From Chloroflexota bacterium (GTDB lineage: Bacteria; Chloroflexota; Chloroflexia; Chloroflexales; Herpetosiphonaceae): a stretch of 64,000 nucleotides of DNA. The DNA is taken from contig JAIUOC010000003.1 of NCBI GenBank assembly GCA_020161265.1, positions 43,024 through 107,023 of the forward strand, in the 5' to 3' direction. Shown in pieces: positions 1-10,115 of the stretch. Under the pieces are notes generated by a model. That model ran no database searches. It was given only the letters and a program-made list of their open reading frames with translations, and was not told the DNA's origin. The translations under genes were made by a program, and so were the position numbers. Every line of letters starts with the position of its first letter. The first letter of the stretch is position 1.

Positions 1-92
1 GCTGGGCCAATCTGATCGTGCATTTCGGCTTGGGTTCCAGTGACGCACAATTGCACCACCGGATTGGTTTGATCAAGCAGTGGATTACTCAT
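1..92 (-). CDS. 5' end of a hypothetical protein (N-terminus MSNPLLDQTNPVVQLCVTGTQAEMHDQIGPA...), running off the window start
   Basis: ATG at 92..90 on the minus strand overlaps the upstream stop by 8 nt (ATGAGTAA). Open frame to position 1. Not in the ORF track because it is truncated. Confidence 0.3.
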   Translation of the reverse strand, partial: MSNPLLDQTNPVVQLCVTGTQAEMHDQIGP

Positions 93-537
93 AGCGAAAA
101 TGCCTTGCTGCCAAGCGTCGCCAACGGCGCTGACGATGACGATAAAACACCTGAGCAAACAGCCAGATCAATGGAGTGAGCCAGCCCGCCTCAACCACCA
201 CATGATCTCGATAGCGCGTGCTTGTGCCTTCGACCGCGACCTCGATCGTGTGATCCCAGCGTTTGATGAGTGGGCTATGGCCATTATCGCGTAAAGTAAA
301 GGGATGTTGCTGGGGGTGCGAGATCACAATTGCCTGCTTGCCAACCGGAATCACCCCAAACAAGCGCAATTCGACCCAATAGGTGCCATCGCGCCAAACA
401 TCAGGCAATTGGTTGGGTTGTTTGGGCACGAAGGTCACCAAAGGCTTGGCAACATATTCTAAGAGACGCGAAGTTGTTACATGCTCAATTGCGGTGCTGG
501 CGGCACAATCCAAGCGGGTCGAGAGGTCAACAATCAT
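85..537 (-). CDS. hypothetical protein, 150 aa
   Basis: Track ORF. No recognisable motif. The C-terminal Arg/Trp-rich tail looks unusual. Confidence 0.4.
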   Translation of the reverse strand: MIVDLSTRLDCAASTAIEHVTTSRLLEYVAKPLVTFVPKQPNQLPDVWRDGTYWVELRLFGVIPVGKQAIVISHPQQHPFTLRDNGHSPLIKRWDHTIEVAVEGTSTRYRDHVVVEAGWLTPLIWLFAQVFYRHRQRRWRRLAARHFRYE

Positions 538-926
538 AACAGCAGCCCTTTCTAGATCAGCCCCATTGCTGATATCGCTCTACCTTACAACCTTGACTGC
601 TACTCGGCAAGCCCAAATTGCCAAAATCGGTTAAAAACGTTCACTCATTCTCCATAACTTTTTCATAGGCAATTGGTACAGTTAACCTAAGCAAGCCCAA
701 AGCGCCGGTGGATGTTGCAAAAAACCTGATTTGGGCTTGCGCAACGATTGAACTCGCGTGAAAGAGTTGTGTATGTTGTATCCAGTGCTATTTAGCTGGC
801 CATGGAGCCGTAATTTCGTCCAACAACTACGTCGGATCTACCATTTTTCCGAGCCTCAATAACATTCAAATTAAACCAAATGCGGAGAGCCAAAGCTCCC
901 CGCTGCATAATAAGCTATCTGCAAGT

Positions 927-1376
927 TTACAATTTAAGCGCTTCGGCGACATCATTGACTAAAATCGTATATTCACCTGGCTTTAGCTCGCCCTCGATTT
1001 GAATAATGGTGCTAAATGGCGAGATCTGTTGGTTACACATGGCATCTTTAGGCCGAATTGTTGTGACTTCAATTTTGATTGTGTTGCCGTCGATCGATTG
1101 TTTGGCTTCATGGAAGGCGGTACAACCATCGTTGAGCATGCCGTTAATTTCAACCGATACTTGGGGCGGCATTGATTCTTTGACCGAAACCGCAACACTT
1201 TCGATCAGCATCGGATTAATCTCACTTTGCGCAAGATCGGGGGTGGGGTAAGCCGCGCTATCGCTGGTGGGAGTTGCGGCAACGGTGGCCGTAGGAACGG
1301 TGGTCGGTGTGCTTTCTGCGGTGCCGCATGCTGCTAAAACGGAGGTCAAAACGAGCAGCAAAAATCCCTTACGCAT
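927..1376 (-). CDS. secreted lipoprotein, function unknown
   Basis: N-terminal signal peptide with lipobox LAAC-G, then a Thr/Pro-rich linker. 149 aa. Confidence 0.6.
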   Translation of the reverse strand: MRKGFLLLVLTSVLAACGTAESTPTTVPTATVAATPTSDSAAYPTPDLAQSEINPMLIESVAVSVKESMPPQVSVEINGMLNDGCTAFHEAKQSIDGNTIKIEVTTIRPKDAMCNQQISPFSTIIQIEGELKPGEYTILVNDVAEALKL

Positions 1377-1469
1377 TCGGTAAAACTCCTTTAATCATGC
1401 TGGCCTTGTGCCAACGTGCTTACTAAATTCAACGCTAGCATAGCAGATTTTGTTCCTGCCTAAGTTTGA

Positions 1470-1620
1470 AACCACGAAGCACACGAAGTTGATTTTTGAT
1501 CCACGAAGGACACGAAGGACGAGGGATGAGGGATCAGGGATCAGGTTAATACAGCGTGTTTCAAGCTGCTGACCCCTCGCCCCTGAATCCTGACCCCTCA
1601 CACCCTCTGCGCCTCTGCAT
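1470..1620. repeat. intergenic modular word repeat (cacgaag / gagggat / cagggatcagg, then inverted cctgaatcctgacccc)
   Basis: The same short G/C-rich words recur in at least ten intergenic regions of this window. Inverted arrangement implies hairpins. Confidence 0.7.
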
Positions 1621-1668
1621 TAAAGCCTGAGGCCTCTTTTTTGATTTTTGCCTTCTGACTTTTGACTT

Positions 1669-2919
1669 TCATCCTTGCTCAAGCGCTTGTTCGGCTTTAA
1701 TCAAGGCATCGGCGGCTTTGAGCATCTGTTCGCGGCGGGCGGCGCTGATATTGCTGCTTTCAAGATAAATTTCGAGGGCACGGCGCGGGGTTAATCCTTC
1801 ATTCAATTCGCTGGCAACCGCAGCATAGCGAGTGCGTTCGCTGCGTTGGGCCTCAATCGCAATGCTGGCGATCACATGGGTTTCGGCTGCTTCGAGCAAG
1901 CGTCGCAGTTCTGTTTCATCAAGTTGTGGGCGTTGCTCAGCAGCTGCACTAATTAACAAACGCACCACCGCGCCATTCAAATCACGCTTACTAATTGCTT
2001 GGGCCACTCGCTCCATGGGGTCGCTGCTGCCAGTTACATCAACTTTAATCGTAACGAATGGGCGCGGGTGTACCGCAATGGGCTGATAGCTGGCATCTTC
2101 CCAATTATTTTCAATTTCAACAATTACCACCTGTTTTTGCTCGGATTCCTCGCTAAAATCGATGCGCTCAATTGAGCCTGGGTAGATCATTGGGGGATTT
2201 TCGCTGAGCACTTGATAGCGGTGAATATGGCCCAAGGCCACATATTGAATGCCTGGCTGGGCCAAAAGTGATGGCGGCAGAATCAGATCGTTGCCTAGCA
2301 TCACCGAGCGTTCAGCGCCATACGTGGCATTAGAAACAGTGCCATGAAAGGTCAAAATTGCTGGTAAATCGCCGCGCAACCGCTCAGGCACTTGTTCGAG
2401 CCAAGCCCCGACCCGCCGCAACAATTCAGCTTCGAGTTCAGCAAATGGCAATTCACGAATATCATCTTTGGTCAAAATGGCGTGGCGGCTGATCCATGGC
2501 ACGGCCACAATTTGAATGCTACCTGCGCGAGTTTCGATCGTATGAATCCCAAGCCGATCGGCAATTGTTACCCCGTCGATGGCGAGGGTATCGAAAATTT
2601 CGACCGAATGAGCCTTGCCTGCGGCGGCTGAAACATCGTGATTGCCAACCAACATAAATACTGGAATGCCACGATCGAGCACACTGCGCAGGCGACGAGC
2701 AAATTCACGTTGATGGGTTGGGTTGGGCGTGCGGTTTTTGTAAATATCGCCAGCAATCAGCACCAAATCAACATCATGCTCGATGCCAATCTGCAAAGCC
2801 TCGGCAAACCGATCAAGATAATCGATTAAGCGGGTATTGAGGCCAGTTGTGCTATCGATTCGGCCATAATTTTCCATGCCAATGTGAATATCTGCGAGGT
2901 GAAGAATTTTCATGCCCAA
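1669..2919 (-). CDS. sbcD: DNA repair exonuclease SbcD/Mre11 family (calcineurin-like metallophosphoesterase)
   Basis: N-terminal motifs ILHLADIHIG, GDIYKN and GNHD are typical of Mre11/SbcD. 416 aa. No SbcC/Rad50 partner adjacent. Confidence 0.85.
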   Translation of the reverse strand: MGMKILHLADIHIGMENYGRIDSTTGLNTRLIDYLDRFAEALQIGIEHDVDLVLIAGDIYKNRTPNPTHQREFARRLRSVLDRGIPVFMLVGNHDVSAAAGKAHSVEIFDTLAIDGVTIADRLGIHTIETRAGSIQIVAVPWISRHAILTKDDIRELPFAELEAELLRRVGAWLEQVPERLRGDLPAILTFHGTVSNATYGAERSVMLGNDLILPPSLLAQPGIQYVALGHIHRYQVLSENPPMIYPGSIERIDFSEESEQKQVVIVEIENNWEDASYQPIAVHPRPFVTIKVDVTGSSDPMERVAQAISKRDLNGAVVRLLISAAAEQRPQLDETELRRLLEAAETHVIASIAIEAQRSERTRYAAVASELNEGLTPRRALEIYLESSNISAARREQMLKAADALIKAEQALEQG

Positions 2920-3049
2920 GATACCTTTAATAGCTCATGTGTTTGGTTAGTCTACCACAATCGGCGGCTCATGGTAGACTGAAAAGGCCGCCAGTTAATC
3001 AAGCTTGTTTGGGCTTGGCGGTTGTTCTTGCGCGGAAAGGATTTTGATC

Positions 3050-3655
3050 ATGTCGGTTAGTGTCGATGTCTGGTCGGATTTTGTTTGCCCCTTTTGTTTT
3101 CTTGTTTCAACCAACCTCAAACGCTTGGCTGAAACTCATGATATTCAATTAACTTGGCATGCCTTTGAGTTGCGGCCATTTGGCTCGCCGCCACCCGATG
3201 CGCAATATCGCCAGTTTATCGCTGAGAAAACGCCAGCGATGGTAGCAATGGCGAAAACCCAATATGGCGTGGATATTAATCAAGGGCCATTTGGCATCGA
3301 TAGCCGTTGGGCGCATCGAGCAGCCAAATGGGCTGAGCAACAAGGCCAAGGCGATGCGTTTGCCCAAGCCGTACTTTCGGCCTATTGGTTGCAAGCCCAA
3401 GATATTAGCCAGCCAGCAGTTTTAGCAGCGTGCGCCGCAGCAGTGGGGCTTGATGCCAGCAATCTCGCTGCCATTCTCGCTGATCCACTCTATGATGCTG
3501 CGGTTGAGGAAGATATTGCTTTAGCCCAGCAACTCCGTTTGAGTGGCGTGCCTGCGAGTGTGTTTGCTAAGCGCTACTTGGTGGTCGGCGCACAACCCTA
3601 TGAAGTCTTTGCTGATGTGTTGCAGCAAGCCAACGAGCCACCAGCCAGCAACTAG
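3050..3655 (+). CDS. DsbA-like thioredoxin-fold oxidoreductase (FrnE/2-hydroxychromene-2-carboxylate isomerase-like)
   Basis: CPFC active-site motif near the N-terminus (WSDFVCPFCF). ATG at 3050 inside the longer track ORF, with a purine-rich RBS upstream. Confidence 0.7.
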   Translation: MSVSVDVWSDFVCPFCFLVSTNLKRLAETHDIQLTWHAFELRPFGSPPPDAQYRQFIAEKTPAMVAMAKTQYGVDINQGPFGIDSRWAHRAAKWAEQQGQGDAFAQAVLSAYWLQAQDISQPAVLAACAAAVGLDASNLAAILADPLYDAAVEEDIALAQQLRLSGVPASVFAKRYLVVGAQPYEVFADVLQQANEPPASN

Positions 3656-3670
3656 AGGAGGTTGTCAATT

Positions 3671-4654
3671 ATGAATGAACAAGCCTATCGGGCCGCTAGC
3701 GAGCATGCAGTTTATCTTGATCGCTCGTCAGCTGGTTGTATCGAAATTACTGGTCGCGACCGTTTGGTCTTAATCAATCGGCTTTCGACCAATGCAGTGC
3801 TCAATTTAGCGCCTGGCACTGGCCAAATCACTGTGCTAACCACCAATATTGGGCGAATTATCGATTTAATTACGGTGTTGGCAATTGATGATGATACGAT
3901 TTGGGTGATTACCAGTGCTAATCGCGGGGCGCAATTAACGACCTATTTTGGCCGTAACAAGTTTTATGGCGACCAATTTAAAGTACGCGATGTGACCGAG
4001 AGCGTCCATCAGATGCGGGTGTATGGCAGCCAAGCCAGCGCAATGCTCGAACGCTTGACCAGCCAAAGCTTGGAGCACGTTGGTTTATGGCAACACCTCA
4101 GCGCTGAAATCGATGGCTGTCCAGTGCGTTTAGCGCGAATTCGTCCGATGCGCGGCGCGGGCTGGGCTATTTTTGCCGATCTTGCGGCGGCTGATGCATT
4201 GTGTGAAGCCTTCGATGATGCAAATGCTGCCTTACTTGACCGTCCGACGTATCACACATTGCGGGTCGAAGCTGGCTATCCGGCGCTGAATGAACTCAAC
4301 GAGGAGTTTATTCCGCTTGAAGCTAATTTGTGGGATGCAGTCAGTTTCAACAAAGGTTGTTATATCGGCCAAGAAATTATTGCCCGCATGGATAGTCGCG
4401 GGCGTTTGGCCAAAAAGCTGCAAGGTTTACGCCTAAGCGGCGCAGTTGAAGTACCCGCAACGCTGACTAAAAATAGCCAAGATGCTGGCACATTGACCAG
4501 CGTGGTTTGGTCGCCAGCCTTGAATCAGTACATTGGTTTGGGCTATGTGCGTACTGGCCACGAGCTTGGTAGCGAATTGACTATTGGTGAGCAGCAGGCT
4601 ACCGTGGTTGAATTGCCGTTTATTGCGCAAACTGAACCAACGACGGTTGAGTAG
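3671..4654 (+). CDS. ygfZ: folate-binding YgfZ / aminomethyltransferase (GcvT)-like protein
   Basis: GcvT-fold N-terminus and the conserved KGCYIGQE motif. GAGGAGG RBS 9 nt upstream of ATG 3671. Track ORF starts at TTG 3662. Confidence 0.75.
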   Translation: MNEQAYRAASEHAVYLDRSSAGCIEITGRDRLVLINRLSTNAVLNLAPGTGQITVLTTNIGRIIDLITVLAIDDDTIWVITSANRGAQLTTYFGRNKFYGDQFKVRDVTESVHQMRVYGSQASAMLERLTSQSLEHVGLWQHLSAEIDGCPVRLARIRPMRGAGWAIFADLAAADALCEAFDDANAALLDRPTYHTLRVEAGYPALNELNEEFIPLEANLWDAVSFNKGCYIGQEIIARMDSRGRLAKKLQGLRLSGAVEVPATLTKNSQDAGTLTSVVWSPALNQYIGLGYVRTGHELGSELTIGEQQATVVELPFIAQTEPTTVE

Positions 4655-4702
4655 CATGCAGCAGCAACCGCTGAGATTGGAATGATTTTGGCGGTTGCTG
4701 GT

Positions 4703-5377
4703 TCACTTTTGGGTGCTGGCGATTTCGCCTAGGCCAACGGCTGGCCCCAAAAAGGTTGGTTGGGGCTGGCTGATGTGAACCTCAAACAGGGCTTTGCAAC
4801 GGGCCAGCCATTCGCGGGTGGTGTAGCGGATTTGGGTTGCTGGTGGATAATAGGTCGTGCTTTGCTCTGGCTTGAAATTCCAATCGGGGATGCTCAGGCC
4901 AATCGCGGCCACACCCAATTCACGACAAGTATAAATTGCCCGAGGTAGATGGTAATCTTGGGTAACCAGGATTGCTTGATTTACGCCGAAAATGGCTTTG
5001 GCGCGGTAACAAGTTTCGTAAGTGCTAAAACCAGCATAATCACGGGTGATGGCGCTGGCTGGTATGCCGTGGGCGATCGCATAATCACGCATCACGCTTA
5101 CTTCATCGTAGTTGGTTTGGCTATTATCGCCGCTCATGAGCAAATGCTGGACGCGGCCTGCTTGATAGAGCTGAATTGCACCATCAAGCCGCTCACGTAG
5201 GGCGGCACTTGGTTGATTGTAGCGAATACCAGCCCCAAATACGATTGCAACTTGTTGGCTTGGAATGCTCGCCACATCAGCAAAACGATAATTGGCAGTT
5301 GCCCAGCGCACCCAACCATTGACCAGTAACAGACCTAAAATTGCCAGCAATGCCAAGCGTAAACCAAATTTGAGCAA
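4703..5377 (-). CDS. SanA/YdcF-like DUF218 membrane protein
   Basis: N-terminal TM helix then a DUF218-like core (VAIVFGAG...LLMSGDN...ILVTQDYHLPRA). TTG start placed directly after the stop of the upstream kinase gene. The longer track ORF overlaps the kinase. Confidence 0.6.
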   Translation of the reverse strand: MLKFGLRLALLAILGLLLVNGWVRWATANYRFADVASIPSQQVAIVFGAGIRYNQPSAALRERLDGAIQLYQAGRVQHLLMSGDNSQTNYDEVSVMRDYAIAHGIPASAITRDYAGFSTYETCYRAKAIFGVNQAILVTQDYHLPRAIYTCRELGVAAIGLSIPDWNFKPEQSTTYYPPATQIRYTTREWLARCKALFEVHISQPQPTFLGPAVGLGEIASTQK

Positions 5378-5378
5378 T

Positions 5379-7754
5379 TTACGTGGTTGTAGGCGGTTGC
5401 TCGACTCGCCGCCGAACTTGCTCGCGCACCAACGCCAAAATCTCTTCACGCCGCACATTCCCCTTACTGACCACCCGTTCAACGGTCTCTTCAAGCTGTT
5501 GCCGCTCAGCTTCGGTGAGTTCTTTGGCCGAAACCACAATAATCGGCAAATCGCGGAATTGCTCAAGCTCTTGCAAGGCCGCGATCGTTTCAAACCCATC
5601 CATTTCGGGCATCATGAGATCGAGAATCATCGCGCCAAATGGGCGGCTATGCAATGCGCCCAAGGCTTCGCGCCCGTTGGCAGCCTCATAGACTTTCCAT
5701 CCAGCGCCTTCGAGCATGCGTCGCAGCATCGCCCGACTATCCTGATCATCATCGACCACCAAAACCAATTGGGTTTTAGCATTTTGCGGGTCGATACAAC
5801 TACGCAGCGTGCGCAGCAATTGGCCGCGATCAACGGGCTTAATCAAATAATCATAAACCCCAAACGAAACCCCTTGGTTTGGTTCGGCCACAATCGTATG
5901 CATAATCACCGGAATTGCCGCAATTTTGGGGTCGGCCTTGATTTCGGCTAAAATCTCCCAACCATTGACATGGCCTGGCAACAACACATCGAGCAAAATT
6001 GCCGTTGGATGATGATTGCGCACCATCGCTAAGCCATCTTCACCATCAAATGCACTGAGTACGCTCCAGCCCTCGCGCTTGAGCGTGCGTGAAAGCAGGT
6101 GGTGGACATTACGATCATCGTCGATAATTAGCACTTTGGGTTGGTTGTTGTTGGCATCGCTGATGATAATCGGCGCTTCATCAAACAATGAAACTGGAGC
6201 CATATCGATGACTGATTGTGGTAGGTGCACGCTGAAGGTTGAGCCAACTCCCAATTCACTTTGTACCCGAATATCGCCGCCGAGCAATTGAGCCAAGCGC
6301 CGACTTAAGGCCAACCCCAGCCCAGTGCCGCCATATTTACGGGTGGTCGAGGCATCGGCTTGGGTAAATGGCTGAAACAAGCGTGATAATTGGGCGTTGC
6401 TCATGCCAATACCATTATCATGCACGCTGAAATCGATCCAACCTGCTTCCTCGCTTGGTTGGACGCGTAGGGTGATGCGGCCATGCTCAGTGAATTTCGC
6501 CGCGTTGCTCAGCAAATTGACCAAAATCTGGCGTAAACGGGTCTCATCGCTAATCATCGTCAGCAAACCAGCTGCTGATTCGATCACCAAGCGATTTTCA
6601 TTTTTGATGATCATGGGATCGACGGTTGAGCGCACATCATGCAGCAGTTGGGGCAGCGAAATTTCCTCAGGCAAAATCTCAACCTTGCCCGATTCAATCT
6701 TGGCCAAATCCAAAATATCGTTGATCAAGGTCAGTAGATGTCGCCCTGAGAGCCGAATCCGATCGAGATCTTCGATCATCGCGGTTTGGCCGAGGTCTTC
6801 ACATTCTTCTTGGAGAATTTCGCTATAGCCGATGATCGCATTAAGTGGGGTGCGCAATTCGTGGCTCATATTGGCCAAGAAATTACTTTTGGCGCGATTG
6901 GCTTCTTCGGCCACAAATTGCAAGCGTTGGGCATGATCTTTGGCTTGCTCAAGCCGTTCGATTTGGCCACGAATCGTTTGGGCCATGGTATTGAACATCG
7001 CGGCGAGGCGACCTACTTCATCATAACGGCGAATTGGAATATCGGTGGTAAAATCGCCATCAGCAAAGCGCTGTGCTCCATCGCGCACCAACTTGAATTG
7101 GCCGCCAACCCGCCCCAGCAGATAGTAGACAAACAGAATGAGCAACACAAATATGGCCAAGCTGCGTCCAGTCAGCGCCACAATCATGCGGCCATTTTGC
7201 TTGGTAATTGTCGTTTCAAGTGCTTCAGATTGATCATCAATGATATCGGATAGCACTTGGGTGGCCTCGTCGAGTTGATCGGCGCGTTCGTCGAGTACTT
7301 CCCATGCGTAAAGTTCAGCCGCCGAGCGAGTTGGCGCTGATTCTTGCAAACGTAGATCGATTTGAGCGAGGTAGGCAACACCGGCATCTTGGTAGTCGGT
7401 GCTGAGTTTTTGGACATTTTCGAAGGCGATTTTGGTTTCTGGGTTCGGCTGTATGTTCTTGAAGAATTGTTCAAGCTCTAGGCGTTTGTCATCGAAGGCT
7501 TGGCGATAACGGGTATAGTGTTCACGCTCCTCGACTTCACCTAAGGCATAGGCATCGAGTGCATGGGCTTGATATTGAGTATAGAGGCTAATTTCGCGAG
7601 CTAAACGTTCGGCATCTTCTAAATCAATCACATATTCAATATCATTATTGAGCATGCTACGCTCAACAACCCCGATGATATTTAATCCGGTCATTAAGCT
7701 CAAAATGATCGCTGCAATCGTGATCATTGTACGGCGTACCGACCCGCGTTTCAT
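5379..7754 (-). CDS. hybrid sensor histidine kinase (2 TM, HAMP, HisKA, HATPase_c, two receiver domains)
   Basis: H-box SHELRTPLN, G-box GGTGLGLALS, and two REC domains with DD...D...K signatures (VLIIDDD, LVLVVDDD). Start taken at MKRGS (7754). The track ORF extends to 7787. Confidence 0.85.
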   Translation of the reverse strand: MKRGSVRRTMITIAAIILSLMTGLNIIGVVERSMLNNDIEYVIDLEDAERLAREISLYTQYQAHALDAYALGEVEEREHYTRYRQAFDDKRLELEQFFKNIQPNPETKIAFENVQKLSTDYQDAGVAYLAQIDLRLQESAPTRSAAELYAWEVLDERADQLDEATQVLSDIIDDQSEALETTITKQNGRMIVALTGRSLAIFVLLILFVYYLLGRVGGQFKLVRDGAQRFADGDFTTDIPIRRYDEVGRLAAMFNTMAQTIRGQIERLEQAKDHAQRLQFVAEEANRAKSNFLANMSHELRTPLNAIIGYSEILQEECEDLGQTAMIEDLDRIRLSGRHLLTLINDILDLAKIESGKVEILPEEISLPQLLHDVRSTVDPMIIKNENRLVIESAAGLLTMISDETRLRQILVNLLSNAAKFTEHGRITLRVQPSEEAGWIDFSVHDNGIGMSNAQLSRLFQPFTQADASTTRKYGGTGLGLALSRRLAQLLGGDIRVQSELGVGSTFSVHLPQSVIDMAPVSLFDEAPIIISDANNNQPKVLIIDDDRNVHHLLSRTLKREGWSVLSAFDGEDGLAMVRNHHPTAILLDVLLPGHVNGWEILAEIKADPKIAAIPVIMHTIVAEPNQGVSFGVYDYLIKPVDRGQLLRTLRSCIDPQNAKTQLVLVVDDDQDSRAMLRRMLEGAGWKVYEAANGREALGALHSRPFGAMILDLMMPEMDGFETIAALQELEQFRDLPIIVVSAKELTEAERQQLEETVERVVSKGNVRREEILALVREQVRRRVEQPPTTT

Positions 7755-7815
7755 GCAAACTTCCTTAGCCAAGCCAACTGATTCCATTGCTATTATACTC
7801 TATGCTGTCTAGCGA

Positions 7816-9522
7816 TCACCATTCGCTCGTTTGGTCGCGAAATTGCTCTAAAAGCAGAAAACTTATGAAGGTTATGCCCATCAAAAGGCTGCTCATTGCT
7901 AAGGCTTGGCCATAGTTGCTGGCCCCTGGTTGGCCTAAAAAGCGAAAGATCACGACTGGCATGGTGGCGGTGGCTGGGCTGGTTACGCTCACCACCAAGG
8001 CTGCGCCAAAATCGCCCAACGATACAGTAAAGGCAAATAAGCCTGCGGCCATGATGCTTGGCAGCAGCAAGCCCAAATCAACTTCACGCCAAGCCTGCCA
8101 TGGTTTTGCACCCAACATTCGAGCTGCTTCGCGCAACTGTGGGTTTAAACGGCGCAAGGCTGGCACCATGGTGCGAATCACAAACGGCAAGGCTAACAGG
8201 GTGTGAGCAAGCGGCAACAAACCTGACCAACGGCGCAGATCGGGTGTTTCCCAACCCCAAAATGCATATGAACGAAAAGCGATAATATAGCCTAAGCCGA
8301 CTGTTACTGCCGATGTGCCCAAGGGGAGCATCAACACACCATCGAGCAAGCGGCTCAAGCGGCCTTGGGGTTGGGCCAATAGATAGGCGCAGGGCAAACC
8401 AAAAATTAACGCCAAGATCGTGGTAATGCCCGCATAGCGCAATGAGTTGAGCATGGCTTGGGTTGGCGGTACATAGGCATAACTACCACGCTGATTAACC
8501 CCTAGCATGCGAAAATACTCAAGGCTCCACTGGCCTTCGATCCGCATTGCTCCCAATACCAAACTTGCTAGCGGCAGCACGATTAAACTACTCGTAAGCA
8601 GCATGACCGCGCCAACCGCCACGCGACTTGGCCAGGTTCGTGCGCGACGCAAGGGCAATCCTTGGGCTTCTTGGGGCACGCTGCTGCGCCGAACCAGCCG
8701 CGTATAAGCCAAGGTCAAGCCCAAACTGGTGAGAATTTGCAAGAGCGAGAGGGTTGCAGCGACAGGCAAGTTAAATTGATGAATCGCTTGATCATAAATT
8801 TCAACTTCGATTGTGCGTTGCTGGCTGCTGCCCAATAACAGCACTGTGCCAAAGGCCGAAAACGTGAAGGTAAACACCAATAATGCTGCTGCCAATAAGG
8901 CGGGCATTGCCAAAGGTAAGGTCACTTCGAGCCAAACTCGCCAGCGCGGCGCACCCAAAACCTGAGCCGAAGCCTCTAATCGTGGATCGTGGTTGCTCCA
9001 ATAGGCTGTCAGCAAACGTACCACCACGGTCAAATTGAAAAAAACATGGGCAATTAAAATCATGCCAAGGCTTTGCTCAAGCTCCAACGGCGGCTGGGTC
9101 AACTCCAACCAAGCCACCAACCAGCGATTGATCAAACCACGCTCACCCAAGAGTGACCGAAAGGCCAAAGCCACCACAACGGTTGGCAGCACAAACGGCA
9201 CGGCAATCAGCGAGCGCAGCAATGCCCGCCCCGGAAATCGATAATGAGCCAAAATATAGGCAGTTGGCACGCCCAAAAGCAAGGTTAACAGGGTTGAAAG
9301 CGTCGCTTGCCAGGCGCTCCAAGCCACAACTTGCAGCAAACTGCGATTGCTGAATACGGTTTGAATTGCCGAGCCAAGGCCTTTTTCGGCAAACGCCCGT
9401 TGCATAATCGCCCAGAGTGGCACACCAAAAAAGAGCACAAAAAAAGCTAGCGCAGGCAAGGCCAAAAGCCAATAGAGCCATTGAATGCGCCGCTGATTAA
9501 TATTTGACATAAAGTTTCTCAA
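7816..9522 (-). CDS. ABC transporter permease, fused double-domain type (iron(III)/thiamine ThiP/FbpB-like)
   Basis: 568 aa, about 12 TM helices, two EAA-like permease repeats. No ATPase or solute-binding protein gene nearby. Confidence 0.7.
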   Translation of the reverse strand: MRNFMSNINQRRIQWLYWLLALPALAFFVLFFGVPLWAIMQRAFAEKGLGSAIQTVFSNRSLLQVVAWSAWQATLSTLLTLLLGVPTAYILAHYRFPGRALLRSLIAVPFVLPTVVVALAFRSLLGERGLINRWLVAWLELTQPPLELEQSLGMILIAHVFFNLTVVVRLLTAYWSNHDPRLEASAQVLGAPRWRVWLEVTLPLAMPALLAAALLVFTFTFSAFGTVLLLGSSQQRTIEVEIYDQAIHQFNLPVAATLSLLQILTSLGLTLAYTRLVRRSSVPQEAQGLPLRRARTWPSRVAVGAVMLLTSSLIVLPLASLVLGAMRIEGQWSLEYFRMLGVNQRGSYAYVPPTQAMLNSLRYAGITTILALIFGLPCAYLLAQPQGRLSRLLDGVLMLPLGTSAVTVGLGYIIAFRSYAFWGWETPDLRRWSGLLPLAHTLLALPFVIRTMVPALRRLNPQLREAARMLGAKPWQAWREVDLGLLLPSIMAAGLFAFTVSLGDFGAALVVSVTSPATATMPVVIFRFLGQPGASNYGQALAMSSLLMGITFISFLLLEQFRDQTSEW

Positions 9523-9542
9523 CTAGCCAAGCTGGAGCGATG

Positions 9543-10109
9543 TTAGCGCCATTCGATTCGTTCGGCGACTTGGGCGCGTAGTTCGGGGCTAAACCACGTT
9601 TCCAACAAGGCTAGCGCCAAATCGATGCCTGCCGAAACCCCTGCCGAGGTGGCGATTGGTGGCGTGATAGTATAGCGTTGTTGGCGTTCAACAGTAATCT
9701 GGCTATTTTCGGCCAAGAGATCCAGTGCGGTGTAGTGGGTGGTGGCCTGTTTGCCATCGAGCAAGCCTGCCGAAGCGAGTACCAACGCGCCTGTGCACAC
9801 TGAAACAACCCAGCCACGTTGCTGTTGTTGGCGTAAATAATCGAGAATTAAGTTGTTGTGACGGGCATGGGTGCGTGCGCCAATCCCACCTGGCACTAAA
9901 ACCACATCAAATGCTGGGGCATCGGCAAAACTATAATCGGACTGGATTTTCAGGCCATAACGAGCTTTGACCGTTTGGGTTTGTTCAGCAACCGTGTGAA
10001 TTGTGAGATCAACCCAATTGCTTGCCATGCCAAACACTTCGAGCGGCCCGATAAAATCCAGTTCCTCGGCATCGTTGAAAATCAAGATACCAATTGATTT
10101 AATGCTCAT
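9543..10109 (-). CDS. DJ-1/PfpI (ThiJ) family protein
   Basis: Nucleophile elbow VCTGALVLASAGLL with conserved Cys. 188 aa. Confidence 0.8.
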   Translation of the reverse strand: MSIKSIGILIFNDAEELDFIGPLEVFGMASNWVDLTIHTVAEQTQTVKARYGLKIQSDYSFADAPAFDVVLVPGGIGARTHARHNNLILDYLRQQQQRGWVVSVCTGALVLASAGLLDGKQATTHYTALDLLAENSQITVERQQRYTITPPIATSAGVSAGIDLALALLETWFSPELRAQVAERIEWR

Positions 10110-10115
10110 GATTGA

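Noticed and set aside
1395-1601. 68-aa minus-strand ORF
   Set aside because: Lies entirely within the intergenic word-repeat block. The amino-acid sequence is an artefact of the repeat.
4760-5200. 62- and 83-aa plus-strand ORFs
   Set aside because: Antisense to the SanA/DUF218 gene.
5292-5951. 219-aa plus-strand ORF
   Set aside because: Antisense to the well-supported hybrid histidine kinase. Arg/Pro-rich, as is typical of reverse-frame ORFs in GC-moderate DNA.
6397-7253. 143- and 155-aa plus-strand ORFs
   Set aside because: Both antisense to the histidine kinase gene. No motifs.
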